The notes: generated by a model not told the origin, from the sequence alone. Counted from the first letter of the whole stretch, positions 1-9,577 are shown. The stretch is DNA of 63,773 bases, filler included, from Stramenopiles sp. TOSAG23-3 (GCA_900128585.1; 14 parts of 14 records of this genome joined end to end with filler, not necessarily neighbours in it), one strand, 5' to 3'. Translations and numbers: made by a program.

Positions 1-316
1 TAGTTGACATTTCGGCTTGGAGAGTACAAAAATTTTAGTACTTCCTATTGTTTTCTAAACTAGCACGGATTTCTGAGCTCCTGGCAACGCAACCACACGC
101 GGACAGGCAGAAAATCCAAAAATCAACTAACACTCACGAACGCGACCCAATCAAATTGGGTGGAATTAGAGAGAAGAACGACTTATCTTCAGGACGCTGA
201 ACGCCTCGTTGACTTGTCGGTGTCGGGTTCCTCACCTCGACGGTCTCCTTACCGCACGGTAAGGGAAAAGCTAACTTTAAGCTTCAGTCACTCCGCTTGG
301 ACATTGACTGTGAGAC

Positions 317-3300
317 TTACTGAGAAACTTGGTCGGTACCACCTTCCGCGCTCCTTTGCTCATCTTTCTTTCTTAGACGAGTTGAACGTCTTTGGGGGAA
401 GATTAACCCCGTATCGAACTGGATTGCTGAATCAATCTGTTTATCAGTTATTCTGAATTGTTTTCGTAGTGTGCGATTGGACGACTTCGCAGAGGGGCTG
501 ACCTGTTTCGATGATGCTGCGAGCAAACGAAGAACGTTCGCTCTCATTACAACACATTGTGTCTCCGGCGTTGGAAACGTCATTCCAGCATGGAGTGCAT
601 CACTAAAGGTCGGCTCAGACGCTGATGGCAAATCTTTGTTGAACGTCCGTTTATAAAATTTCTTAAATGTCGCGATTGTGGTCCATTGGCAATGTGCTAG
701 AAATGTCTTCTCCGGAATGCCTACAATATCGACTTTCGATGAGGCCATGTTGCGAATATGTCGTGGAAGCAAGCTCTTAATCTGAGCTCCAATGTACGAG
801 AGTCTAGCTATATTACTCAGACGCTCCGAAGAGAGGCCTTTCAGGCATGTTTTCCCATCTGCATTTTTCGATATTCGCTCGGATACAAATATTGGGTCAG
901 AATCGTCTCGTACTTCGACCTTGTGAAACGGAGTCGTCTCATATAGCTCGTTTAGGGTTTGCACCACGCACGCGTTCGAGCCTTTTGTTTCAAACAAGTA
1001 TTTCGGAGGGGACAGCTTGCCGTAGTTTTTCTTTAACTTGTCCTGCTTCGTGTTATAAAGCTGGATTGCAATTTGACGTCTTTCATTTGACCTTCTGCAT
1101 ATCGGAAAACGAGGAGATATTCTTGACCATGAAAGGGTCGTGACATCTACTGACCGTGCCGCTAGTTCAATGCGGACTATGGCTACTGCTTTTGCTCGAA
1201 TCAGCTTATATATGAGCGGTGCTGGCCAGTTTGCTTTCTTCATTGCTGCTAAGGATGGGAAGTTGTGCCAGAATTCCAATAACTGACCCGGGTCCCAGCA
1301 TTTGTCCTCCGGTAGGACAGTGGTCGCTACTTGCGAACGTACTCCTCTTGCATTCGAGGTTGCTCTTTCCCTTTCAATGTCCTTCCAGACGCTTTGATGA
1401 ATTCGCGTTTGTCGAACTTCTTGAACTCCACGTAGGATCCTTTGGTCGATGGCTCCTGCTAGTTCCAGAGTCAATAGAACTGCCGTACTGTGGCTCTTTA
1501 TGTACGACGGTACGTTCGGTTTTACTCCTGCAAATCCGTCCCGAATAGCTTTCAGGAACGCCGTGAATTTAAGAATTGAAATATGCCACTCAGGATTGAG
1601 CGAAGTTTGTTCGGGATTCGTTTGGTCGTTTTTGCTGAATTCGACCCATCTTGCCCATGGACGATCGTAAACCTTTCCTTTATCCTGTCGCGAGGAGCTG
1701 AGTTGCTGTTGAACGAACTCGGCCGAAAGATATTGGTTCCTTGACGTGCGCCGCAGACACTCCAGGCTAGAAAACCTTGTCGTACTAAAAATCTCCTCGT
1801 GTGTGCTCTCTCGGATTCTTCCACTATCAGATTGTGTGGGCTCTTGAGGATCACGATCGGGAGACACGTTGTTGTGTTCAGGACTTGTGGCCACCATGCC
1901 TGTGACGTGAAGATCGGTGTCACGAGTAAAATCCTTTCTTGTGTCTGCGATATCTCTTCTAGGACTTTCGGTATGTCGTCGAATAACGGGAATACTATTC
2001 TGCAGTCCTGACGGGCGGCTCTCAGTTTCTCCTGTAGATCTTGACTGAGACGAAATGGCGGATTCTTGCCACGCGAGTATCCGTCTACTCCCATTTCTAC
2101 TATGTCTTGTCCTGGTGTGTGGTATACACGAACTATCACGTTCCTCTTCAGCAGGCAACGTTCTACAAACTTCTTGGTGATGTTGTCGAGCATACGCACT
2201 CTGCCCCCTTGCTTGTTGATGTAGAAGCTGGACGTCGAATTGTCGCTCAGTATCGCTATTACCGAGTCGTGAATGTCGAGGTGTTCTAGAAAGTGCGTTG
2301 CTGTTTTCACGTCTGCTTTGAGTTCTCTGAGGTTGGACGACATCGATTTTGCGTCCTTCACTTCCCAGAAACCTTGGATTGCTTCCAGTGACGCTAGGTG
2401 AATTCCTCCGAAACCGTATTCGGCTGCGTCGTCTGCTAGGATATCTGATGGCGGGATCGGTCGAATCGCCATTCCGTTGAACTCTACTATGTTCGAGATC
2501 CATCGAATCAGAACTTTCTTCTGGCGCTTTCCTAGGTTCGTCTCGAGGTCCCATCCCTTCGTTCGGACTGCTCCGTTCACCCATTGTTGGAGCGACCGGG
2601 TCCAAATTGGGACAGGGTAGACTGCTGCGCTGGCTGCTCGAAGTTGACCTATGATGCGTGCTATTGTGCGAGGGGAGGTGCTTGTTTGTTGTTGTGCGGT
2701 CTTGCAGTTCGTTTGGATTTCTCGCACTTTTCGTTTGGGAGCGAACACTGCTTTCAGTACTGATGACCATATCAGACCGAAAAATAGTACGGCTTGTTTC
2801 GGGCAGATAGTTGACTTCTTCCAGGATATTAACAGTCCTAGATCGAGGACGATCGATATCAGTTGCTCTGCGTTTGCTATGTGGTCTTTTATCGAAGAAG
2901 ACATCGTGACAATGTCGTCCATTGTTCTGACGTTCCGATTTCCGTTTTCGTGGATTAGGCTGTCTAGTGGCTTCAGCAGTTTTTCCATAATCCTTGGCGC
3001 GTCTCTTTCCCCGAATACGACTGTGTTTGCCCTTAAGATGACTGGTTCCGTTGTTTTGAACCTTTCTTTTGTCCACTTGTTCCTTCCTATCCAGACGAGA
3101 GCAAAGTTCTTGGACTCTTCTGCGCGTTCGAGGGAGTGATAGTATCTCTTGAAGTCGATCGAGATAAAGAAGTCGTTTCTTTCTATCGCCTCCGCGATCC
3201 GTCTCACTGGATGACTCTTGTAGTGGAGCGCCTCTCCGTGACCGTTGAGGTCTTTCATGTTCCATACTACCCGTGCCTTGCCTTTTTGAACGATGTAGTG

Positions 3301-4117
3301 TACCGACACGAAGAACCGGTCTTTCCCCAGTCTGGGTTGGTTCTTGTGGAATAGCTGCGGGTGGGACGTTGGCGTGCACACGGATATTACTCCAACCGCG
3401 ATCTCTTTGTCTAGTTCTTCCATGATATCGCTTCTGTTCTTGTCGTCTGCTAACGGCCGAGGTGGGCGATGTTGTCCCTCGTACCCTGGATGTATTGACA
3501 CGAATCCTGTGTCGATCAGTTTGTGCTGGAAGTGCGCCGTTGGGAAGTGTCGTTTCCATGCCGGAAGTGCCTTTCTTAGTCTTCCTATAGGGGAGCTTGT
3601 TGATGGTACCTTTTCTTGCCACTTTCTCCATTTTTCTAGGAGAAAAGCTCCATAGGCCCAGTGAGCGAAGCACGACTGGACGGATATCGTGTCTGGCATG
3701 AGGCCCGCGCGAAGACGGGGGAGTTGTAACGTTTCTACCGGGTTCAACTTCTGCCCTGGTAGCCGCAAACGGTTGTCTTTCTGTGATAGCTTTGTGCCTG
3801 GTGTGACGTGCTTGACCTCTATTTCTTTTCGCAGCCGCCTCTTCTTCAGCCTGAGGATTTCGTCCGAGATTTTCGGGGTTGGACGTACGAGTCCGTCGAC
3901 GCAGCGCGTTGCGCCTGATGGCGTTCTTCTTCTCTTTGCTAAAGGACCTCTTAATTCTATCTTCCTCTACCGCGGTTTCCGCGGCCTCGACCTCTGCCGC
4001 GACCTCTGCCGCGACCTGTGTTTTGTTGTGGTTGTTCGTGGTGTTGTTGATTTCCAGATTCCTCATTCTGTTCTTGGTCATTGCCGTTTCTGCCGTGCCG
4101 ATTGTTGTATCGACCAC
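317..4117 (-). CDS. DIRS tyrosine recombinase ORF with a long N-terminal extension overlapping pol (YR domain about 640-1730; first ATG 4081)
   Basis: Catalytic residue set: LAARSVD (R), TKQDK (K), RHIR (HxxR), QWTTIATFKKFY (W...Y). Preceded by a YDRPWARW N-terminal domain. Confidence 0.88.
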   Translation of the reverse strand: MVDTTIGTAETAMTKNRMRNLEINNTTNNHNKTQVAAEVAAEVEAAETAVEEDRIKRSFSKEKKNAIRRNALRRRTRTSNPENLGRNPQAEEEAAAKRNRGQARHTRHKAITERQPFAATRAEVEPGRNVTTPPSSRGPHARHDIRPVVLRSLGLWSFSPRKMEKVARKGTINKLPYRKTKKGTSGMETTLPNGALPAQTDRHRIRVNTSRVRGTTSPTSAVSRRQEQKRYHGRTRQRDRGWSNIRVHANVPPAAIPQEPTQTGERPVLRVGTLHRSKRQGTGSMEHERPQRSRRGAPLQESSSETDRGGDRKKRLLYLDRLQEILSLPRTRRRVQELCSRLDRKEQVDKRKVQNNGTSHLKGKHSRIRGKRRAKDYGKTAEATRQPNPRKRKSERQNNGRHCHDVFFDKRPHSKRRATDIDRPRSRTVNILEEVNYLPETSRTIFRSDMVISTESSVRSQTKSARNPNELQDRTTTNKHLPSHNSTHHRSTSSSQRSSLPCPNLDPVAPTMGERSSPNEGMGPRDEPRKAPEESSDSMDLEHSRVQRNGDSTDPAIRYPSRRRSRIRFRRNSPSVTGSNPRFLGSEGRKIDVVQPQRTQSRRENSNALSRTPRHSRLGNSDTERQFDVQLLHQQARGQSAYARQHHQEVCRTLPAEEERDSSCIPHTRTRHSRNGSRRILAWQESAISSQSRSTGETESRPSGLQNSIPVIRRHTESPRRDIADTRKDFTRDTDLHVTGMVATSPEHNNVSPDRDPQEPTQSDSGRIRESTHEEIFSTTRFSSLECLRRTSRNQYLSAEFVQQQLSSSRQDKGKVYDRPWARWVEFSKNDQTNPEQTSLNPEWHISILKFTAFLKAIRDGFAGVKPNVPSYIKSHSTAVLLTLELAGAIDQRILRGVQEVRQTRIHQSVWKDIERERATSNARGVRSQVATTVLPEDKCWDPGQLLEFWHNFPSLAAMKKANWPAPLIYKLIRAKAVAIVRIELAARSVDVTTLSWSRISPRFPICRRSNERRQIAIQLYNTKQDKLKKNYGKLSPPKYLFETKGSNACVVQTLNELYETTPFHKVEVRDDSDPIFVSERISKNADGKTCLKGLSSERLSNIARLSYIGAQIKSLLPRHIRNMASSKVDIVGIPEKTFLAHCQWTTIATFKKFYKRTFNKDLPSASEPTFSDALHAGMTFPTPETQCVVMRANVLRLLAASSKQVSPSAKSSNRTLRKQFRITDKQIDSAIQFDTGLIFPQRRSTRLRKKDEQRSAEGGTDQVSQ
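1552..3768 (-). CDS. DIRS pol: reverse transcriptase, RNase H and degenerate methyltransferase-like domain (first ATG 3699)
   Basis: RT motifs SIDFKRYYH, VVFGERDAPRI, TMDD, LGLLISWKKS. RNase H motifs DAAEYGFGG, NLRELKA, SDNSTSSFYINKQGG, VDGYSR. C-terminal FP...LVTP..TSQAWWPQV. Confidence 0.93.
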   Translation of the reverse strand: MRLPGQKLNPVETLQLPRLRAGLMPDTISVQSCFAHWAYGAFLLEKWRKWQEKVPSTSSPIGRLRKALPAWKRHFPTAHFQHKLIDTGFVSIHPGYEGQHRPPRPLADDKNRSDIMEELDKEIAVGVISVCTPTSHPQLFHKNQPRLGKDRFFVSVHYIVQKGKARVVWNMKDLNGHGEALHYKSHPVRRIAEAIERNDFFISIDFKRYYHSLERAEESKNFALVWIGRNKWTKERFKTTEPVILRANTVVFGERDAPRIMEKLLKPLDSLIHENGNRNVRTMDDIVTMSSSIKDHIANAEQLISIVLDLGLLISWKKSTICPKQAVLFFGLIWSSVLKAVFAPKRKVREIQTNCKTAQQQTSTSPRTIARIIGQLRAASAAVYPVPIWTRSLQQWVNGAVRTKGWDLETNLGKRQKKVLIRWISNIVEFNGMAIRPIPPSDILADDAAEYGFGGIHLASLEAIQGFWEVKDAKSMSSNLRELKADVKTATHFLEHLDIHDSVIAILSDNSTSSFYINKQGGRVRMLDNITKKFVERCLLKRNVIVRVYHTPGQDIVEMGVDGYSRGKNPPFRLSQDLQEKLRAARQDCRIVFPLFDDIPKVLEEISQTQERILLVTPIFTSQAWWPQVLNTTTCLPIVILKSPHNLIVEESERAHTRRFLVRQGFLAWSVCGARQGTNIFRPSSFNSNSAPRDRIKERFTIVHGQDGSNSAKTTKRIPNKLRSILSGIFQFLNSRRS

Positions 4118-5345
4118 TAGGACTGCCTGGGGAGCGGTTCCCTCTGTTGCGCCTGTTGTTGCGTCCTCTGAAGTTCCGGCCGCCTCGGTCTCCTCGACTG
4201 TTTCGGCTGCCTCTGTTCCTTCGGGAACTACCTGAAGACGGCGGACTGAAGTACAGGCGGCTCGATTTGGCCCGGGCTGAAATTGCTGCTGCGCTTCCTG
4301 CGCTTAGCAAGGACTGCTCGCCTGCTTTCTTATGGGATGCTAGTTGTTCCCATACTGCTTTGTCGACGTTCGCTTTCTTAGCGGCTGTTGTCTGGATTTC
4401 TTTCATCAAATTCAGCGTGATATCGAGCGACAGCAATGCCAGCTGGACGGGTTCGGATGAGCACAATAGTGACCCATCATTTAAGAGGGAATTTGCGAGC
4501 GCTGCCTGAAGGCGAGCGAGCATCCCCAAGTGTTGTTCGCAAATTCTGTTTGCCTGTTTGCATGTTTCTACCGCGTCTTTCTTCGTGACGCCGGAGTAGT
4601 CTACTCCTGTCACCTGACCCGGTATCAACGGTGTCTGCAGGACCGCAACGAGATTCCATCATCACCATCTGCTCGTAGGAAATCCAGTCCTCGTCCAGGT
4701 TATTTCTCTCAACTTGGCGGAAGCTCTGACGAGATAGTTTGCCTTCCGGTGGAGGGTCTGCCAGCTCGGAGACAGAGAAGTTCGATATGTCTCCGTCTTC
4801 AATCTGCTTCTTTAGGCGTTTTTTCTCCTGTCGAAACCGTTCAGTTCGTATCTCATCTCGAAGCAGGCCCCTTTTGAAGCGAGCAACAACTGCTCTGTGG
4901 AAGGAGATTGACTCAAAGTTTGAAACCAGGGATGTGAGCTCATAATTGGAGTCCTGTGCTTCTGAGGCGACCCGGGACATCGTCAAGAACGCGTCGAGCT
5001 GTTCTTTGAAAGACGGGGTGGCGAACGCGTGTCCTGGGGGACTATGAACCCGACGGCGGAAGCCTCGCTCTCCATTCCAGAAAGTTCGTCTCCTGAAAGT
5101 TCGTCTCCTGACGGGGGTTTTGGGCGTTTCCTGTGCGTACCGACCGTCGCCGTCTGTGGTGCCGCTGGACCGAGTAAAGGGTAATATCGAAGACCGTCCG
5201 CACCTTCACTGTACGTGAACCCGTTGCGGGGACCGACATATTTCTCCATCGGGTCCTCGGAGAGCGGAGTGGGCAGTGGTGCGGCCTGCGATGGTCCAGC
5301 TGGACTAGACTCAGTCGCCTTGTTTTTATTACGTCTTTTTGTCAT
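3957..5345 (-). CDS. Putative gag, split over three overlapping ORFs (4983-5345, 4477-4986, 3957-4628)
   Basis: Lies 5' of pol, with a helical middle region and an RG/RN-rich basic tail. The pieces join via a -1 shift near 5038 and a +1 shift near 4640. Confidence 0.6.
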
Positions 5346-5421
5346 TAGTAAAGTTGTTAATAACTTACTACAATCTGAGCGTAGCTCAAAGGATAATGAG
5401 GAGGATAGAAGAAGGGGAAGG

Positions 5422-5521
5422 NNNNNNNNNNNNNNNNNNNNNNNNNNNNNNNNNNNNNNNNNNNNTTAATTAATTAANNNNNNNNNNNNNNNNNNNNNNN
5501 NNNNNNNNNNNNNNNNNNNNN
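5422..5521. other. Artificial contig linker; 12 more start at 10942, 16461, 21972, 27480, 32987, 38493, 43988, 49482, 54975, 60467, 61570 and 62672
   Basis: Identical 100-nt N-TTAATTAATTAA-N blocks with stops in all six frames. Confidence 0.99.
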
Positions 5522-5874
5522 GGAAAAGTATGGGCGTCCCCGTTGCGGCCCACCAATCCATCAGTTTCATGCTCGCAGACATGGCCACTGGGATCGAGGC
5601 GTCCAGGTTGATGGTGTACAAAGCAGCGACGGAAATTGACAAAGGCAACAAAAATACAATGTATGCTTCGATGGCAAAAGCGTTCGCTGCCGACCATGCA
5701 AACAAAGTTGCCACTGACGCCGTTCAGGTTTTTGGGGGTGCCGGTTTCAACGAGGACTACCCAGTGGAAAAGTTGATGAGGGACGCCAAGATTTTTCAAT
5801 TGTACGAAGGAACGAGTCAAATTCAGCGGTTGATCATTGCGCGAGAAATGATGGGACGAGACATGGCACCATGA
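5522..5874 (+). CDS. Acyl-CoA dehydrogenase (medium-chain-like), C-terminal fragment
   Basis: [10 protein letters not shown]...[23 protein letters not shown] signature; 5' end cut by the contig edge. Confidence 0.95.
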
Positions 5875-6114
5875 GAGGGGAAATACGGGGTGGTGTGAAT
5901 ATTCAGGGGGAGGATGGGGCGAAGTTCGTACACACTTCTTCATCTGAAAGCGAGTAAGCAAATTTTTGAGAATTAAAAGAGATTCTTAAAATATATATTA
6001 AACACTTGTTTTTTTTATATAACATATGATACTTGGTAAGGATATTAAATTTTAATGTTAATTTCTCATTCGTCTGAAGTTTTTATGTAAGAGTAAGCTT
6101 ATGAATTTATGCCC

Positions 6115-7281
6115 TTAGAGGATTGTAACATCAGCGCAATTGGACCATACTTGTGCCGTAGCTTCACAGTCGTAACGGAATCCTAAAATGTATTTCCCGG
6201 CTGGAATATTTTCTGGGATCCTTACGACGTCACGGACAGCGTATCCATTCCAGTCCACCCCTTGGCAATCCGGGCATGGTGGTGGAAACGGTGGTCCAAC
6301 TTTATAACGGTCGGGTTCCACGGATTTGACTTGATCGCATCGGCTGCAATCACTCCCTGGCGTACCTGGGCAAGGCTCACAAGTAGAACCACACGCATCG
6401 ACGCCTTCCTGACCTTTCAAACAGCGATTTGGCGTTGTGTCTGTATCATTAGGGCCAGGGATGCAACACGGCCCAAGAAGAGTAGGTGGCATTGGCATGA
6501 GACTCCACGTTGAACCAGGTGGTACTGTCCCTTCCGACACGAATGTGGTCTGCGAGGCGTTCAGCTTCAACAACTTTCCATTTGGAAATACGATGGCTTG
6601 CTCTTCCTGAACAAACTGTAAAGGGTGCTGCTGGAAACATTCCTCGGTGACTTTCGTAAGATCTCCGTCAACAAGAGGGCAAAGGCGGTAAATATAACCG
6701 CCGCCATGGTTGTTGCGAACGGACCAAGTAACCTCAGCAGTACCACCCCGAGTATAAGTGGGAGGCGTGTAGCCAGGAATTGGTTTTAAAGTTTTCGTGC
6801 CCACGTCACCGTGCTTGGCAAATTTAGTTTGCACGTAAAAGCCAGCCTCGGCCCCCGGTTTGCTTGAATAGGAACCGCCAGCTAGACCACAAGCATCATT
6901 CACTGGGGCGGCACCGGGAGCTCGCCAAGGATTGTGCTGGTATATGTCAAATTCAGAGAAAGGCTCTGCGTCCCGGTTCACAGACCAAAATTTTGGGTCC
7001 GTGAGGGTCTGTTTCTTTCTCGATTTGCACAAATCGACCTGGCGACGGCCACTCTCGTTGTCGCACTCCTTGCATCCAATGAAGCAGCCTTGGCTGTACC
7101 AGAAAGACGCCTGGCCATTGTTGCAAGCGTCGCCAGTGATATTAGAGCATCGCTGCGTGTTCACGTCAACAAGGTAGTCAACGGAGTTACGGCTTCGCGG
7201 AGAAACCAGTGCACCGTGACCGTGTGCCCCCCCAAAGAGGGCAGTGGCGAAGAACACCAAGCTCGCTAGAAATCGAATCAT
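6115..7281 (-). CDS. Secreted lytic polysaccharide monooxygenase-like (His-brace) protein
   Basis: Signal peptide ending AHG, then N-terminal His (HGALVSPRSR). Second His in NNHGGGYIYRLCP. C-terminal RYDCEATAQVWSNCADV. Confidence 0.8.
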   Translation of the reverse strand: MIRFLASLVFFATALFGGAHGHGALVSPRSRNSVDYLVDVNTQRCSNITGDACNNGQASFWYSQGCFIGCKECDNESGRRQVDLCKSRKKQTLTDPKFWSVNRDAEPFSEFDIYQHNPWRAPGAAPVNDACGLAGGSYSSKPGAEAGFYVQTKFAKHGDVGTKTLKPIPGYTPPTYTRGGTAEVTWSVRNNHGGGYIYRLCPLVDGDLTKVTEECFQQHPLQFVQEEQAIVFPNGKLLKLNASQTTFVSEGTVPPGSTWSLMPMPPTLLGPCCIPGPNDTDTTPNRCLKGQEGVDACGSTCEPCPGTPGSDCSRCDQVKSVEPDRYKVGPPFPPPCPDCQGVDWNGYAVRDVVRIPENIPAGKYILGFRYDCEATAQVWSNCADVTIL

Positions 7282-7833
7282 TGGAGAATTTTCTGCAATT
7301 TATTTTCTATCGTTGAAGCGTGAATAATTATTTAACTGCAAATAATTCGTTGAACCTCAAATTTGAATCGTTTGGGAGTGGTTGTTTCATTTAAATTGAC
7401 GTTTAAATTCTTTTGTTGATTTTCCATTTTCAGTTTTCAATCTTTTCGTGAGAGTATATTATTATTATTATTATATTATTTCAAAAAAAAAACAGAAGAA
7501 GAAGAGGAGGAAGGAGGAAGAAGAAGAAGAGGAAGAAGGAGAGAAGAGAAGAATATGAAATACGAAGGACTGGATATATAATAATATTATTAGTCTTCTA
7601 TGTATTGTATAGTATGTAATAAGAGTGTCTTAGACTAAGACAGCACGGTATGTATTATATAGCATAGAAGTAGTATGGGGATTGTCCTATCTTGAATATC
7701 TAAAATATACAACTAACAACACAGCCATTTTTTTGTTTTAATTTAACTCCTCTTTTAAAGCTTATTCATTGTGCCGAATCGTCTCGAAGTAGAGGGACAG
7801 CATTTCGACCGCGGTCGTAAACGGGGTAAGATA

Positions 7834-9354
7834 TTATAAAACGCGACTGCGAACCCAAAAGTAAAATGAATCGCCAGGGTTGCTTAAAAGCATGTGAATC
7901 ATGATGTAGACTGGGGCGACAACCATCAACGAGGCGCACAGAAGGTGCATGCTCAAGGCCTTCCACCCGTCCTTATGGAATGGGTAAAATATTGATCTCT
8001 TCGACTTGCACCTTTCGGTAATGTTTGTCATGGCTTGGGCGATCAAGAGTGGGCCAACACTAACCAAGAAAGACATCCCGTGCACGTTCCACTTGTCTAA
8101 CCCGTGCTGTTTGGACACCGCAAACCATAGCAGAGACCAGATGAAGCAGTTCAAACCAATATATATCGAGAAACCAAGCTCTGGGCGTGCAAAGAGATTT
8201 GCTTTGCCGTCCAACGCAGCAGCACGTTTCTTGTCAACATTGAGGTCCGCAGCACCTTTGTACGACGTCTTGTCCTGGCGCATTTGGTCTCGGAATGTCC
8301 CAAACATCTTGTCCAAAGGGGTTCCGCCCGTCCCGTAATTGCACTCAAAGTAGCGATGGTGCAAATAGTGGTACTGATCCGACTGCATGTGGTCTTCGAA
8401 ACCCGAGTGCGACGCTGCTGGGGAAATCAATAGATGAATCCCGTTCCACATGAACGAAAAGGGGGACATGAACAGGAACAACGATGGGTACGTAGAGGTG
8501 TAATAGTACAGGTGCTCTACGGGGTGCATGCAGAGGCCTGCAAATGGTTCAATGTCCGTGTTCCTGTGGTGCAACGAGTGAATGTACTTGTAAAACGCTT
8601 TTATGTGGAGGAACCTGTGCGCAAAGTAGAAATGAAATTCCCGGACGATCGGGACAATAAACACCCCCGCGACAAAAATCGAAAGCTGTTTGTAGTCGCC
8701 CCCGAATGCCTCGCTGTCGCTCAGGCACGGTAACCGCTTTGTCGCATAGCAGTGCATAAATATTGCCTCCCACACCGTGTATTGGAGAGTGCCCAGGCAC
8801 GTGTAATATACGTTGTGGGCAACCTTGCCGTACTTGTACACGCGCGTTGGGTTGAACGGTCGCTTTGACCAGTCGTAGGCGTACAGAACGACGTGCCAGA
8901 ACCCAACGTACGAGAGCACGATTGCCAAGTTTACCAAGGCACGGTGGCCCACCCACCCCAAGTCTTCAAACTGCTTAGCGGACTCAAAGTCGTAAGGGAA
9001 GTAGAAGTAGTCCGCCAGGGCAACGCAGAGCCAAACCAGGTTCGGCGAGAAAAACATGAACTTTCCAGTGATCTGGTCAAGCCACATGTGCGACTGAAAT
9101 GGGGGCTGGGGAGTCAGGCCTGGAGCCTTACGTGTGTCGACCCACTCTGGGCTCTCGAAGAACGAGCCGTTTGGCCCAGTCCCAGCGAACCCCCCAGGGA
9201 TAATCTGGCATCTCTTTCCCACATTTTTGTCCCCGGACTCCGCCGTCTTTGATTCACCTTTTTTCTCAACGACGATCTTTTTGGACTTTTTCCCACTTCT
9301 CGGGGTTCTCCGCCGCGGTTTGCTCGCAGCTCTTCCAGTTGCTTTCTTCGGCAT
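7834..9354 (-). CDS. Sterol desaturase / fatty acid hydroxylase family membrane protein with an extra C-terminal TM region
   Basis: His boxes HRFLH, HSLHH, HYLHH, plus HPVE and CNYG motifs. First ATG at 9354. Confidence 0.88.
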   Translation of the reverse strand: MPKKATGRAASKPRRRTPRSGKKSKKIVVEKKGESKTAESGDKNVGKRCQIIPGGFAGTGPNGSFFESPEWVDTRKAPGLTPQPPFQSHMWLDQITGKFMFFSPNLVWLCVALADYFYFPYDFESAKQFEDLGWVGHRALVNLAIVLSYVGFWHVVLYAYDWSKRPFNPTRVYKYGKVAHNVYYTCLGTLQYTVWEAIFMHCYATKRLPCLSDSEAFGGDYKQLSIFVAGVFIVPIVREFHFYFAHRFLHIKAFYKYIHSLHHRNTDIEPFAGLCMHPVEHLYYYTSTYPSLFLFMSPFSFMWNGIHLLISPAASHSGFEDHMQSDQYHYLHHRYFECNYGTGGTPLDKMFGTFRDQMRQDKTSYKGAADLNVDKKRAAALDGKANLFARPELGFSIYIGLNCFIWSLLWFAVSKQHGLDKWNVHGMSFLVSVGPLLIAQAMTNITERCKSKRSIFYPFHKDGWKALSMHLLCASLMVVAPVYIMIHMLLSNPGDSFYFWVRSRVL

Positions 9355-9545
9355 GATCGAAATGCTTTGACTTGCTGCCAATTATACTCAAACCCTGCAA
9401 GTCGATCCATTACCCATCGAGACAATAGAACATGGAGGGTAAAATCTGCAATCGTAACATAGCTCGTACACATACTTTGTACATAGTTCAGAGCTGTGAT
9501 GAAATGTTCGTACATATTATTTATTATTAATAATAATAATAATAA

Positions 9546-9577
<32 letters not shown>

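Larger units (their letters stand above)
1..5421 (-). mobile_element. DIRS-order (tyrosine recombinase) retrotransposon, divergent; termini not captured
   Basis: Minus-strand order is gag-like ORFs, then RT/RNaseH/MT-like, overlapped by a long ORF ending in a tyrosine recombinase. No terminal repeats were recognisable within the contig. Confidence 0.92.

Noticed and set aside
60-200. Hammerhead-like CTGAAGA on the minus strand of the DIRS 3' region
   Set aside because: No stem II plus GAAA and cleavage triplet at compatible spacing.
2651-3655. Plus-strand ORFs inside the DIRS element
   Set aside because: No motifs; expected antisense shadows of a doubly coding GC-rich region.
5872-5898. Read-through of other TGA stops (e.g. 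acyl-CoA dehydrogenase)
   Set aside because: The protein is already complete, the frame closes within a few codons and no SECIS-like element was seen.
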